Below are positions 1 to 12,671 of a stretch of 64,000 bases of DNA, one piece after another. Within the stretch, counting starts at the first letter, position 1. Every line of letters begins with the position of its first letter. The stretch comes from Macrostomum lignano (Eukaryota). The notes beneath the pieces were generated by a model that saw only the letters and a program-made list of their open reading frames with translations, was not told the DNA's origin and did no database searches. Location: NCBI GenBank assembly GCA_002269645.1, contig NIVC01000001.1:2356001-2420000 (forward strand), read 5' to 3'. A program made the translations under genes and the position numbers.

Positions 1-815
1 GAGATTTTGGCCAGGGGTGATTTTGGTCAGGGTGATTTTGGTCAGGGGTGATTTTGGTCAGGGTGATTTTGGTCAGGGTGATTTTGGTCAAGGTGATTTG
101 GTCAGGGTGATTTTGGTCAAGGTGATTTTGGTCAAGGTGATTTTGGTCAGGGTGATTTTGGTCAAGGTGATTTTGGTCAGGGTGATTTTGGTCAAGGTGA
201 TTTGGTCAGGGTGATTTTGGTCAAGGTGATTTTGGTCAGGGTGATTTTGGTCAGGGTGATTTTGGTCAGAGTGATTTTGGTCAGGGTGATTTTGGTCAGG
301 GTGATTTTGGTCAGGGTGATTTTGGTCAGGGTGATTTTGTTGACGGGTGATTTTGGTCAGGGTGATTTTGGTCAGGGTGATTTTGGTCAGGGTGATTTTG
401 GTCAGGGTGATTTTGGTCAGGGTGATTTTGTTGACGGGTGATTTTGGTCAGGGTGATTTTGGTCAGAGTGATTTTTGTCGGCGATTTTTGTCAGGGTGAT
501 TTTGGCCAGGGTGATTTTGGTCAGGGTGATTTTGGTCAGGAGTGATTTTGGTCAGGGTGATTTTAACCAGGGGTGATTTTATGTCAGGGTTGATTTTGGT
601 CAGGGTGATTTTGGTCAAGGTGATTTTAACCAGGGGTGATTTTATGTCAGGGTGATTTTGGTCAGGGTGATTTTGGTCAGGGTGATTTTGGTCAGGGTGA
701 TTTTGGTCAGGGTGATTTTGGCCAGGGGTGATTTTATGTCAGGGTGATTTTGGTCATAGGTGATTTTGGTCTGTGGTGATTTCGGTCAGGAGTGATTTCG
801 GTCAGGAGTTACATG
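1..815. repeat. 15-bp minisatellite (GGTGATTTTGGTCAG)n, intronic to CFAP77, runs off the window start
   Basis: Unit visible throughout, degenerating toward about 815; explains ORFs 17..214 and 202..441. Confidence 0.95.
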
Positions 816-968
816 ACTTTATGTCGGGGGTGATATTTGGTCGGATAATTATTTCTGCTAAATTTTAACTAAAGTTAACAAGAAACAAAGAAATCGTAAA
901 CTTGGAAGTTACAAGAACAGAAAACGAACTTCCTTTCATCAAACTCCACTTTTCCAAACCCCGACAAG

Positions 969-1669
969 GTCTGGCGACCCGCTGCACGAGCTTCTGTCGA
1001 ACCGCTACTTCACCGAGTGGCAGCAGAGCCGTTTCGACCGACACAGCGTCAAGAGCGCCACCGACGCTGTCAGAGTGAGTCAGAAATTCCTATCGCCACC
1101 TTGGGCTGCTGAATTCGGTTGTTGACGTTCAATTATTGACTATTTGATTTGTTGCCCGAACTTTTAGTCGTTTCAGGGATTGTCCTTTTGCTTTATAATT
1201 TAGCTGACTGGCGTATGGTGCAAATGATTGATGCAATCAATCAATTTCTTTCACCATTCTCACACTCATTCTACACTACTGCTAGTAAAAGTATCATAAA
1301 ATTACACTCGGATTTTAAAACTTTATTTGTTAAACTTCAACTCACCTACTGCAAGTAGAAAAATGCGTTTTTCTACTATTTTTGTACCAAAAAACCTTCC
1401 AGCCGGACTTCACGCAGCCGACCATGACTCGGGCGGCGATGCTGCGCCAGCGTCTGCTGCCTGTGGACGCCTCTTACCCGTCGGCACTGCAGCCGCAGGC
1501 GCACCAGTTGCCATGGAGACTGGCTCGATTCGAACGGTCAGCCAGGCCGCAGCTGGACACGTTCCGCAGCGAGAGAGCGCGCCAGGCGGCCGTGGCAGCG
1601 TGGCGGGCCGAGCAGAGCCACCGTCAGGGCCCCGTGGGGCTGGGAATCTACGCTGCCAGTAGGCGCTAG
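969..1669 (+). CDS. CFAP77: Cilia- and flagella-associated protein 77, last two coding exons join(969..1074,1403..1669); 5' exons lie outside the window
   Basis: AG acceptor at 967-968, donor GTGAGT at 1075, acceptor TTCCAG at 1397-1402; phases compatible. The translation SGDPLHELLSNRYFTEWQ...WRLARFERSARPQLDTFRSERARQAAVAAWRAEQSHRQGPVGLGIY matches the recalled CFAP77 C-terminus (STPFFDLLQHRY...WHMPHFQKVGRHLDTF...RQGTLRMGNY). AATAAA near 1767. Confidence 0.85.
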
Positions 1670-1898
1670 TTGCGGTAGAGAGGATAAAATCCCTTAGATA
1701 ATGGTAGGATTTTTCTGGCAGGTGATTGAAGGTAACTGAGGATTTTTTGTTTCAGTTTTTTTCAAAAATAAAATGTTAATGCTGACTGGCTTTTTATATT
1801 TGCTTTACTTATTGTTATTAAGTAATCTCCTGTGCATATTTCTGCTTTTAGGGGCAAATTTGTTTCGAGTTGAAGGAAAATTGTTTTTGTTGGAGGTT

Positions 1899-2478
1899 CC
1901 GGAATTGAATCATTTTTTATGGTTAATGAGTCACTCTGGAATTGAATCATTTGATTTTTAATGAGTCACTCCGGAATTGAATCATTTGATTTTTAATGAG
2001 TCACACCGGAATTGAATCATTTGATAGTTGATGAGTCACTCCGGAATTGAATCATTTGATGGTTAATGAGTCACTCCGGAATTGAATCATTTTGATGTTT
2101 AATGAATCACTCCGGAATTGAATCATTTGATGGTTAATGAATCACTCCGGAATTGAATCATTTGATGATTAATGAATCACTCCGGAATTGAATCATTTGA
2201 TGGTTAATGAATCACTCCGGAATTGAATCATTTGATGGTTAATGAGTCACTCCGGAATTGAATCATTTGATAGTTAATGAGTCACTCTGGAATTGAATCA
2301 TTTGATGGTTAATGAGTCACTCCGGAATTGAATCATTTGTTAGATTGTTAATGAGTCACTCCGGAGTTGAATCATTTGATGTTTAATGAATCACTCCGGA
2401 ATTGAATCATTTGATAGTTAATGAGTCACTCTGGAATTGAATCATTTGATGGTTAATGAGTTACTCCGGAATTGAATA
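1899..2478. repeat. 35-bp minisatellite GGTTAATGAGTCACTCCGGAATTGAATCATTTGAT, about 16 copies
   Basis: Direct tandem periodicity of 35 bp. Confidence 0.95.
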
Positions 2479-2817
2479 CCCCGTTCGCTCGCTGTCTGTG
2501 AGTGACAAATCTTGTGTCATGACAGCTGATTTAATGTATCTTTCAGAAGCAATCTGGATCATAACTATATTTTAAGCTCTTCAATCTCTTTTAGAACTGC
2601 TGCGAAATGTCAAAACACCAAAAACTGCTGAGCTATGATTTCAACTTTTTACTTTTTAGAAATAAACTTGCTTAAATTTTCTATACGCGTTATGGTTAAA
2701 CGCGATGCTTTTAGCGAGCTTTAAATTTAAATTTTGTTTTATTAGAATTGCATTTTTGCATGCGGGCGTATTGCTAGCACGATTTTGTTTAACTAAAATG
2801 AGTCACTTTATGAAACG

Positions 2818-3818
2818 TCAAGGATCAGAGGACTGGTAGTCCATGACACAAGTCTCTGCAGTTTCAAAGATCAGAGGACTGGTAGTCCATGACACAGATC
2901 TCTGAAGTTTCAAGGACCAGAGGACTGGTAGTCCATGACATAGATCTCTGAAGTTTCAAAGACCAGAGGACTGGTAGTCCATGACATAGATCTCTGAAGT
3001 TTCAAGGACCAGAGGACTGGTAGTCCATGACATAGATCTCTGAATTTTCAAGGACCAGAGGACTGGTAGTCCATGACACAGATCTCTGAAGTTTCAAGGA
3101 CCAGAGGACTGGTAGTCCATGACATAGATCTCTGAAGTTTCAAGGACCAGAGGACATGGTAGTCCATGACACAGATCTCTGAAGTTTCAAGGACCAGAGG
3201 ACTGGTAGTCCATGACATAGATCTCTGAAGTTTCAAGGACCAGAGGACTGGTAGTCCATGACACAGATCTCTGAAGTTTCAAGGACCAGAGGACTCGTAG
3301 TCCATGACACAGATCTCTGAAGTTTCAAGGACCAGAGGACATGGTAGTCCATGACACAGATCTCTGAAGTTTCAAGGACCAGAGGACTGGTAGTCCATGA
3401 CATAGATCTCTGAAGTTTCAAGGACCAGAGGACATGGTAGTCCATGACACAGATCTCTGAAGTTTCAAGGACCAGAGGACTGGTAGTCCATGACATAGAT
3501 CTCTGAAGTTTCAAGGACCAGAGGACTGGTAGTCCATGACACAGATCTCTGAAGTTTCAAGGACCAGAGGACTCGTAGTCCATGACACAGATCTCTGAAG
3601 TTTCAAGGACCAGAGGACTCGTAGTCCATGACACAGATCTCTGAAGTTTCAAGGACCAGAGGACTCGTAGTCCATGACACAGATCTCTGAAGTTTCAAGG
3701 ACCAGAGGACTCGTAGTCCATGACACAGATCTCTGAAGTTTCAAGGACCAGAGGACATGGTAGTCCATGACACAGATCTCTGAAGTTTCAAGGACCAGAG
3801 GACATGGTAGTCCATGAC
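2818..3818. repeat. 46-bp minisatellite AAGGACCAGAGGACTGGTAGTCCATGACACAGATCTCTGAAGTTTC, about 21 copies
   Basis: Near-identical head-to-tail units with no spacers; explains ORFs 3048..3514. Confidence 0.95.
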
Positions 3819-4304
3819 AAATTTGCACTAATACTGATTAAAAATTTATGTTCCGATGCACTTTATATTTTAAGCACTCAGAACGAATCAATCCTTTTGT
3901 CGTCTTTAAAATCAAAAGTTTTTTAAGCTCCAAAGGTCAGTGCTGGTGGCGTGAGTTGGCATAAATTTATTTAACTGAGGAGCTGGGCATGGACAATGGC
4001 TGTGAATAACAGAAGCATTTTACATTGGCATACGGCCGCCACTTCAGACTGGTCTGAGCAAGACGGCAGGCATCTTGCAAGGCGATCGATCAAAAAATAG
4101 GAGGCTTAAGATTATCAGTGCAAAGCAGAAATTCGCCCTCGGCAGACAGCGATCGATGCTCGGCCTCCGGGTGAAAATGAAATAACTCACGGATGGGGTG
4201 GGTGGCGAAGCTGTCTGACTCCCGCTTCTGGTATGGAATAAGACTCATCTGGCAACTCGGAGTTGAGGAATTTAAACTCATTTTAATGAGTTTGAGTTAC
4301 CGAA

Positions 4305-4417
4305 TGGGCTAGATTAGCAATCCATTCTATTCCTGCATCCGCGTGGGCTAGATTCGCAATCCATTCTATTCCTGCATCCTTGTGAGCTAGATTAGCAATC
4401 GATTCTATTCCTGCATT
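4305..4417. repeat. Short repeat of about 39 bp, 3 copies (core GCTAGATTAGCAATCCATTCTATTCCTGCAT)
   Basis: Three imperfect copies visible. Confidence 0.8.
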
Positions 4418-4753
4418 CACAACAAACAGGCAAGCAAACCAATTCGCGGAGAGCACTTCATGTTGCGAGCTGCTTTTTATCAAACGCTAAATATCTGCAA
4501 CCTTAAGTTCACGACCGACATTATAGAATGACGGCTCCCATCGGTCTAACCGCTGTAGACAGTCAAAAAGCTTGCAAGCAACTACAAAGGCAGCTGTCAG
4601 TCACATATGTAATAAACTTTAAATTTTTGTGAAGAATAAAAGCATTATGCAAAACAAAAACTTTATATTCGGGCTGATGGTTTCAAATCAAACAGATTTT
4701 GACAGAAAAGTCGTGCGACAGAGTTTGGACTATTTATTATTGCATTTTTCTTC

Positions 4754-5660
<907 letters not shown>

Positions 5661-6529
5661 TTTCTATCTACAGTCCAGTCTAGTCTTATTAAAGAGCCTT
5701 CACGCGCCAGTCAATCAGGATGCAGGAGGCTCAGCAAACACAGACAGACAGAGAATCCCACACAGCCAGCGAAACAGCCCCAGCAATCAGCTCCGAAGGC
5801 CCCAACTGCTATGGATACACAAGTACTCCCAGTCAGGAACAGTCGAGTAAGGAAAACACTGCATTTTCAGATTTCTAGACAGTCCGCCGAACCCGGCGAC
5901 TCGAAGCTTCGGAGCCGCAGCGCCCTTGCGCATGATTAAGTGTTCAATAATGCGCAGTGGACTGCACCGACGGCCCTCCATAATTAATCAGCGGCTGGAT
6001 GGGGTAGGAGTTCAGACAGAGGCTTCTCGCGTAGGATTTCGAGTGACGAATAGAGTTAGCAACCGACCAGCCCGAGTGTTTCTTTGGTGGAGAAAGATGG
6101 TTAAGCGAGTATAGCGCGAGAAATGGATCGGTGGGCTATTGGCTACGATAATGTTCTCAGGATGGCTGTGGGCACCGTGGCGGAACACGTTCGGCGGCAC
6201 CGCGTCCCGCAACCAATGTGCTGAGGCAACTCGATCTTGCCTCGATCTCGTCGCGACTACGGAGTTGTCTCAAGATCCCGTCTAGACCTCTGAAAAGATT
6301 TGTCCACTGCTACAAGAAGAACTTCACTGGATAGTAATTTAAAAAGAGGACACCAGACTTCAGCTTTATAGACATTTTAATTTTTGAACTTTTACTATGG
6401 CATAATTTTCAGCAGCGTGTAATGCATGCGTTTGATTCGCTAGCTTTCTTTAATTTAAATTTTCTTTTTCTAAGAATTCCGTTTATATGATCAAGTATAC
6501 GATCATTGATAAAAAGTTATTGATGATTT

Positions 6530-6830
6530 ATTTTTTATGATTAATTATTGGTTATTGATTTTCGCAATTCATTTTTTATTTTAGGCTTTTATTATTGATT
6601 TTTTTTTTCTGATTTTTGATTGTTGACTATTGGTTATTGATTATTGATTATTGATTTTTTATTTTTTATTTTTGATTGTTGATTGTTGATTATTGATTTT
6701 TGATTATTGATTATTGTTTGTTGATTGTTGATGATTGATGATTGATGATTGATGATTGATTATTGATTATTGATTGTTGATTATTGACTGTTGGTTATTG
6801 ATTTTTTGTTAGAGATTTATTTGATTATGG
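6530..6830. repeat. Low-complexity (TTGATTA/TTGATGA)n
   Basis: Degenerate 6-7-bp periodicity. Confidence 0.8.
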
Positions 6831-7499
6831 ATAGTTTATTATTTATAGTAATTTTTTGTGTATTGTTTGTCAATGAATAATTTTTATTATTGATTGTTCA
6901 AACAATATTATTGGTTATTGGTTTTCAATTTTTGACGTTCGTGTATTGAACAATGATTCTTTATATTACTTATTTAAGATCAAATAAGGATTTTGCCACA
7001 GACCATTTTGGACTGGAACCGCCCTGCCAAGAAAACAATATCTCTAGAAAGTTAGTGACAATCCATATGTTGCATACTCTGCGGCATTAGTCAAGAGGAG
7101 CCTTCTTGCCTCTTCAGCATGCCTCTTCAGTTTCAGACCAGAAGAAGTAGCATGTAGCATGTACTTAGCTATAGGGCTTGAGTGAAGGAAGGGCCGGGAC
7201 TCTGGGGGCTGGTTGAGCTCAGATGGGGTACATAGATACAGGATAAGGATTTGCTGAGTTTGCTCTGCTGTCCTCAGGTCATCTACACTTTATGAGCAAT
7301 TGAATATTGTTATTTTAGCCTCTCTAGGCTTTGCACTATCAAATTATTTGAAGACACACACGAAGCAATGCAAGCAGGGACCTCTGTTGATAACGTCTGG
7401 ACTGGATTTTTTTAGTTTTCGTGGCGTTACTTTTTGCTTCACACGATATACAGTTGTAAATTCAGCTCAGTTAGGTTGTCCCTTCGCTGTGCTCCGTGC

Positions 7500-7675
7500 T
7501 CAATACTCGGTACCCAGTACTCAGTACTCAGTTCTCAGTGCTCAGTGCTCAATGCTCAATGCTCAATGCTTTAAGTGCTCAATGTTCAGTGCTCAGTGCT
7601 CAATGTTCAGTGCTCAGTGCTCAATGTTCAGTGCTCAGTGCTCAATGTTCAGTGCTCAGTGCTCAATTCTCAGTG
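7500..7675. repeat. 21-bp repeat CTCAGTGCTCAATGTTCAGTG built from 7-mers
   Basis: Direct periodicity. Confidence 0.9.
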
Positions 7676-8516
7676 TACAGCAGGGTAAAAGTTCCCCAAT
7701 TTCCAGCCGTTAAAAAAACTGAAATCCTGCAGCTTTCAAAAGCAGCCAGAGCATTGCAAACAAAATAGAAAGGAACTTATTTCACAACCGCGAGTACCGC
7801 ACGAGCTCACTTGCATTGTCTGATCTGTCTTTCCTGCAGCCAGCAGCAGCAGCAGCAGCAGCAGCCCCTCAATGCGATCGACTGGCTTGACGCCCGAGCT
7901 CTGCCGATAAATTGGGAGAAGTCAGTCTGAGGCAGTGGGGAAGAGAAAGTAAGAAATGGGAGACGCAGGTGCCGCCGATTCGGGTTGAAAGTTTCCAGCT
8001 GCAAGAGGAGTCACTGCGAGAACAACCCCTCTCCCCTCATCCACTCTCCCCGCTCCCTCCCGAGGAAGACTTCCCACGAGCAGGGTTCAAAAGAATCCCA
8101 AGGCCCTAGAAATCCTTTTTTCTGCCTTTTCTCTCAAGCTGAGGACTGCTGGAGCAGAAGCAGCGTCACCTTTTCCAGTCTTCCCAGCCATAGCGTCGTT
8201 TCGTCTCAGTTGCAGTCGCCTCGGGCAACCAAACTTCCTGTAACAATGCTGCGCGGCCCAGTTCCAACTTCTCCCTGCCAAGGTGAAGAGCAGGCAAGAG
8301 AGGAACACGCGCCCGTGCGATTGTTTGCCGTGCAAAGGCAGCTAAATCTTTAGCTGTAAAAATGACAAAGGAAATGAATGGTTTGGTGAGGAAGGAAAAA
8401 TGGAGTGAAAGTTTGCTCGATTTAAATTTACTACTATACATATCGGCAAGCAGCAAAGATTCTATGACAAACGCAGAGTGGGAAGAGACGCTAAGGTACG
8501 TAAATATTCCATCATC

Positions 8517-8661
8517 CGCCCATTTTACTGCTGGGTGACTGAAAGCAATGCAGAGTTTCAAGTGTCTTGCTCAAGGACACAAATCGTTCCGGGTGAGTCG
8601 AGAATCGAACCCCCGACCTTTCACTCGTGAGTCCGACGCTCTAACCACTAGGCTACAACCC
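8517..8661 (-). mobile_element. tRNA-derived CORE-SINE, 5' half (tRNA head plus CORE domain)
   Basis: The reverse complement has A box TAGCCTAGTGG and B box GGTTCGATTC, then GTGTCCTTGAGCAAGACACTT...GTAAAATGGG, resembling the MIR/CORE domain. Closely similar to the copy at 46781-47053. Confidence 0.85.
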
Positions 8662-9153
8662 TTGGCCACTATAGGCTATTTTCAGCATTAGCTGGGGTAA
8701 CTCAAGGTGTGTGGTGACTCCCCAGTAATAGCCGTACGCAGCCTTCAGATGCGCCCAATATCTATTCAGACCGTAAGAAAAATCTGAGTACAGGTTCTCT
8801 GGCAGCCAATTTCTGGATTTCGTGAAAAAATTGAAATTTATTATTCGAGAATGGAGAAGCTGACGTTTTTCAATGAAACACAAGGCAGAATCGAGTACAT
8901 CCATCTTTGTGTCTATCTCTTGAAACTGATCGTATTAAGATTTATTGAATGAGAGCAGAGAAAATGCGAATGGTTTAAAAATAGTAACAGTCAAAACATA
9001 TTGCAGAACACAGACTGGATCCGAGCTTTGGCCTTGCTCACTTTGCGGGATGGCGAGAGGGTGAAGTTTCTACGCTATAGTGTCTACCAAAACTAATCCT
9101 AGGAATGAATGACTCAGGGCTCTCTTGTTGCGGGTAGGATGGTGTTGATCAGA

Positions 9154-11400
9154 TCAGGTCAACCGAGCGTCGCAGTGCCGACATGTGGTGTGCCGGCAGG
9201 TGCCGCGCTGCGGCTGCAGCCGTCGCCTGCTCTCCACTGACGTTGCCGATTGGTTGGCGGCAGCGGCGGCGGCAGCAACGGCGGCGGTGGTGGCGGCGGC
9301 CGCGGGGGCAGCGTCGACCGCAACTCCGGAGCTGCCGGCCCCGCCGCTGACGCCACAGCATGTTGTCGGCGACAACGAAGACGATGTTGGTGAAGAGGCG
9401 GCCGCAGCCGCCAGCACAGTGTTCAAGCAGCGACGCCTCGCTCGGCTGTCGGCCAGAAACAGCAGCAGAGCGTCAAGCGTCTCCAGCAGCGTCACCAGAG
9501 ATGCTCCCAGAAGCAGACCGAGTGCGCCGCCGCAGTCGGCCAGGAAGGCGCTGAGCGGGTAGAGCCAGACCTCCATCAACTGGCGTTCGGTCAGGGCCGA
9601 CGGTCGAATCTCCAGCATGCCGGTGGACTCCTGCAGCACCTGGTAGGCGTAGATGGTGAACTCTGTATCCTTAAGCCGTCGCAGGTAGGCCTGAACGTGC
9701 AGGCTGGCGTTCCGTCGACGAGCCTCTGGTTCGAGGACTTCGCGTTCGAATTGGCGCACATTCTGCGCGATGTAGGCCGCTTGCATGGTGTCCGTGGAGC
9801 GAAACCAGGGCCCAGAGTCCACCTGAGCGGAGTACCTGGTCGACACTGGGTCTGGCTGCACGCTACCAGCCTTAGTCTCCTGCGCCGATATCAGCTTGGG
9901 AAACCGCTTCACGAAGCAGTCAACAGACCGTTTGAACCCGGCGTAGTTGTACGTATCCTCGATCCACCTGCTGCGCTGGTCGCTGTCGCTAATGTACAGG
10001 TAGCGGCCCATGTAGTGCACTCGGTCGGGGTCGAACAGCAGCAGGGCTGGGTCGCGAATCCCGATGCAGGCGGGCGCAGCGTTGGCTCCCTCGGCCACCG
10101 GCAGCGGCAAGGCGTCGCTGACGCAGTCGCATTCGGCCATCAGGTCGGCTTGTCGCTGGGCCAGCACACGGTCGGACAGCTGGCTGGCAAAGGAGCGGCA
10201 CCAGCGACGCTGCCCGCCGAAGCAGTACTCAACTGAGGTGAGCATCCGGTTGAGCGACAGCTGCACGGAGGCGTCGTCTTCCAGACTGGCTCGCCAGACG
10301 CGGCGCATCCGGACTCGCATGGAGGTGACGCGGCCGCTGGCCACGTGAGCGACTTGATTGAAGGTCGGCCAGGTCATAGGCGGGTGCAGCGTCGCTGTGA
10401 AGCTGTGCCGGTGAGTCATGCTGGTCTGGGGATCGGCCGTGAGCAGCCAGTCCCGAGGAGTCAGGGTGTAAAACTGCAGCACAAGGCCAGGCGTGTCGTG
10501 GTCCAGGTAGGAGGAATACACTGTCCGCCTGGGCGGGTGGTAGGTCAGACAGGAGCCGTAGGATGGATGAAAGAATATTGAGAAATTGCTCATTGAGCAA
10601 AGTTGGCCTTGGTAGCGGCAGTAAGCGACTAGGTCTAGCGGCGTGAGCACGGCACTCGAGTTAAGATAATAACGAAACACGCTTGGCAGAGCCAGTTTTG
10701 AGGTGTACTCTCGCTGGGCCTGGGGAAGGTGCTGGTAGGACAGGTTATTGTACAGCACGTAGCTCCAGAAGGCCCGGGCTGTGGTCAGGGCGATGTCGAC
10801 CCCCAAACTGCGATTGCTGCCGTTCAAGTTGTCGGGCTTGCCGACATCTCGGCGATAAAATGGGCTGGGCGGGCAGACGGTCACGTCAGGGAACACGAAC
10901 GGCGTCTCGCGGCCCTGCGCCAGCACCGTGTAGCCGCTGTTGAACAGAGCGGCCAGCCGCCACAAGTGAAATCCGCTGACCGCCGTGCAGACAACAAATG
11001 CGATGAGCCACAGGGACTTCACTGGCGGCGATCGGTGCAGGAATTTCAACGCGAACGGCGTCAGCACCAGACGGTGGTAGGTGGCCGTGACGCGCTTTGT
11101 AGCGGCCGCGGCGGCGGAAGCTGTCGCGCCGGCTCTGGGCTGATAGCGGTGGTGGTGATTGCTGCTTCTATGAACTTGGTGGTTTTGATGCAGCTGCTGC
11201 TGCTGGTGAGCTGCCGGCATCAGCAGGGAACCGGTCGGCGGAACTCCTCCGCCACCGACTGACTGCAAAGGCGGCGGAGGCGGCGGCGGCGGCGGCGGCA
11301 GTGGAGGAGCTCCGTACGAGGAGGCTGGTGGCTTGCGTGACACTGACGCGAACGTGCCTTCGTCCGAGTCTTCAAAATCAAAGCTGTACCGTCCGAGCAT
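9154..11400 (-). CDS. Degenerin/ENaC/ASIC-family ion channel subunit, single exon, 748 aa
   Basis: ATG-to-stop ORF with TM1 (SLWLIAFVVC), post-TM1 motif FPDVTVCP, YCRYQGQLC and YGSCLTY motifs, and TM2 with selectivity filter FLADCGGALGLLLGASLVTLLE. Poly-Pro/Gln/His N-terminus; GC3-rich codons. Confidence 0.93.
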   Translation of the reverse strand: MLGRYSFDFEDSDEGTFASVSRKPPASSYGAPPLPPPPPPPPPPLQSVGGGGVPPTGSLLMPAAHQQQQLHQNHQVHRSSNHHHRYQPRAGATASAAAAATKRVTATYHRLVLTPFALKFLHRSPPVKSLWLIAFVVCTAVSGFHLWRLAALFNSGYTVLAQGRETPFVFPDVTVCPPSPFYRRDVGKPDNLNGSNRSLGVDIALTTARAFWSYVLYNNLSYQHLPQAQREYTSKLALPSVFRYYLNSSAVLTPLDLVAYCRYQGQLCSMSNFSIFFHPSYGSCLTYHPPRRTVYSSYLDHDTPGLVLQFYTLTPRDWLLTADPQTSMTHRHSFTATLHPPMTWPTFNQVAHVASGRVTSMRVRMRRVWRASLEDDASVQLSLNRMLTSVEYCFGGQRRWCRSFASQLSDRVLAQRQADLMAECDCVSDALPLPVAEGANAAPACIGIRDPALLLFDPDRVHYMGRYLYISDSDQRSRWIEDTYNYAGFKRSVDCFVKRFPKLISAQETKAGSVQPDPVSTRYSAQVDSGPWFRSTDTMQAAYIAQNVRQFEREVLEPEARRRNASLHVQAYLRRLKDTEFTIYAYQVLQESTGMLEIRPSALTERQLMEVWLYPLSAFLADCGGALGLLLGASLVTLLETLDALLLFLADSRARRRCLNTVLAAAAASSPTSSSLSPTTCCGVSGGAGSSGVAVDAAPAAAATTAAVAAAAAAANQSATSVESRRRLQPQRGTCRHTTCRHCDARLT

Positions 11401-12671
11401 ATTTTGAGACGGATCTCTCTTGTTCAGCTGTGGGTGGTTTGCCTGCTACGAGTAACTGTATTGGCACCTGGCTAGGCTTCGCAGATCTCCCTTGGCTGGG
11501 TAAAAAGGCGCTGCAAGATGACACTCGCGATTTAGACCGGCCCGAATTCGCGCTGCCAGAGAAGGTCTGGTGTTTTCCCTTCTGCCGGCTGTGAGCGCCA
11601 CGCCAATTGGCCCAGCGGCAGGAGAAGACCAGCGGAGGAGGATCGTCACTGAGTGGGAGTAGAGGATCCACCCGCATAGCTCAGGACCTCCGGATATGAC
11701 CCGCCGGAGACTGCACCCAATCAAACTTCGCCCAGCTCTAGGATTTCTTCTCTTTCACCACCCGAAGACTTGAGGTTCAAACTTCTTGCGGGTGGGTGGG
11801 CCGGGGAGGGAGTTTAAGGGCTAAAGTTCACGGCAGCCTGCATGCGGAATGGGCCGTTTTGGATGAGGGGGAGGGGAAGAGGCCGTTCGTTCGAGACCCT
11901 CCTGGAGCCTCCTACTCACCCAGCTGCCCGCGCCACTTGCTGCAGCAACGCAAACCCCTCCCCACCCAACTGGTCTTCGCTAGCTTTTTGGTTTGTACGC
12001 GGGATCGGAGATTATTTTAGTTGGCGGTCGGGACTATTGGGCCGAACAGAATCCGCTGTGTAGCCAGCCTGGCTTTGAGCACTGGTGAAGCAGGGGATTG
12101 GGAGCCCAGGAGGGAAAGGAACCTGTTGACGCGTCAGTGAAGTGGGAGACAGAGAGGGTACGGGGAGGGAAAGAGATGTGCAGCGACCAGCTTCCAGTCA
12201 TAGAAGGACCTTGTGGCCCTCTTTCCGCTATTAAAATCGATCCGCCCTATTCACACTGATTAGGTTAGACCCGACTACTGCCCGCTGAAGTGAACACAGT
12301 GCGCTGTGGCTGCCTGAGTGCCGTGAGGCTCCGTTGGGGGGGTGGTTAAGATTGGCACCGTCTGAGTGCGACGGGGGAAAGCAGCACTGGACGAAATCAA
12401 CTGTTAGAAAACATATTTTCAACAAAGAAGACTCGCTGAAGCAACAATAGCTTTTGCTGCTGAGGACGAGTCGTAATTAAATGAGCTGGATTCCGGTACA
12501 GTAAGGAATGTGCTCCCGTATATTCATCAGATCGCTAGTGTACAAGCTAAAACGAAGCCCCATTCAGCGCCACGACAAATATACGCTTGTGTAAGTCACT
12601 TGACGAACTCCAACTCATTTGTAAGAAGATCGAGTGTAGCGTTCTGCTACTTCATAACTTCAAATATAAAT

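Noticed and set aside
2818-3818. CRISPR-like array (hairpin-bearing repeats)
   Set aside because: Units are contiguous with no unique spacers, there are no cas genes, and the context is eukaryotic.
3970-4250. Possible two-exon minus-strand peptide (MSLIPYQKRES...ACRLAQTSLKW...)
   Set aside because: Splice phases can be made to fit, but it is only about 54 aa with no recognisable motif; chance is not excluded.
8290-8500. Open plus-strand frame (AKSLAVKMTKEM...EWEETL) ending at a GTACGT donor-like site
   Set aside because: No recognisable homology and no partner exons identified.
8590-8661. tRNA-Val genes here and at 46985-47053
   Set aside because: The anticodon and acceptor stems do not pair properly, and both run into a CORE domain, so they are SINE heads.
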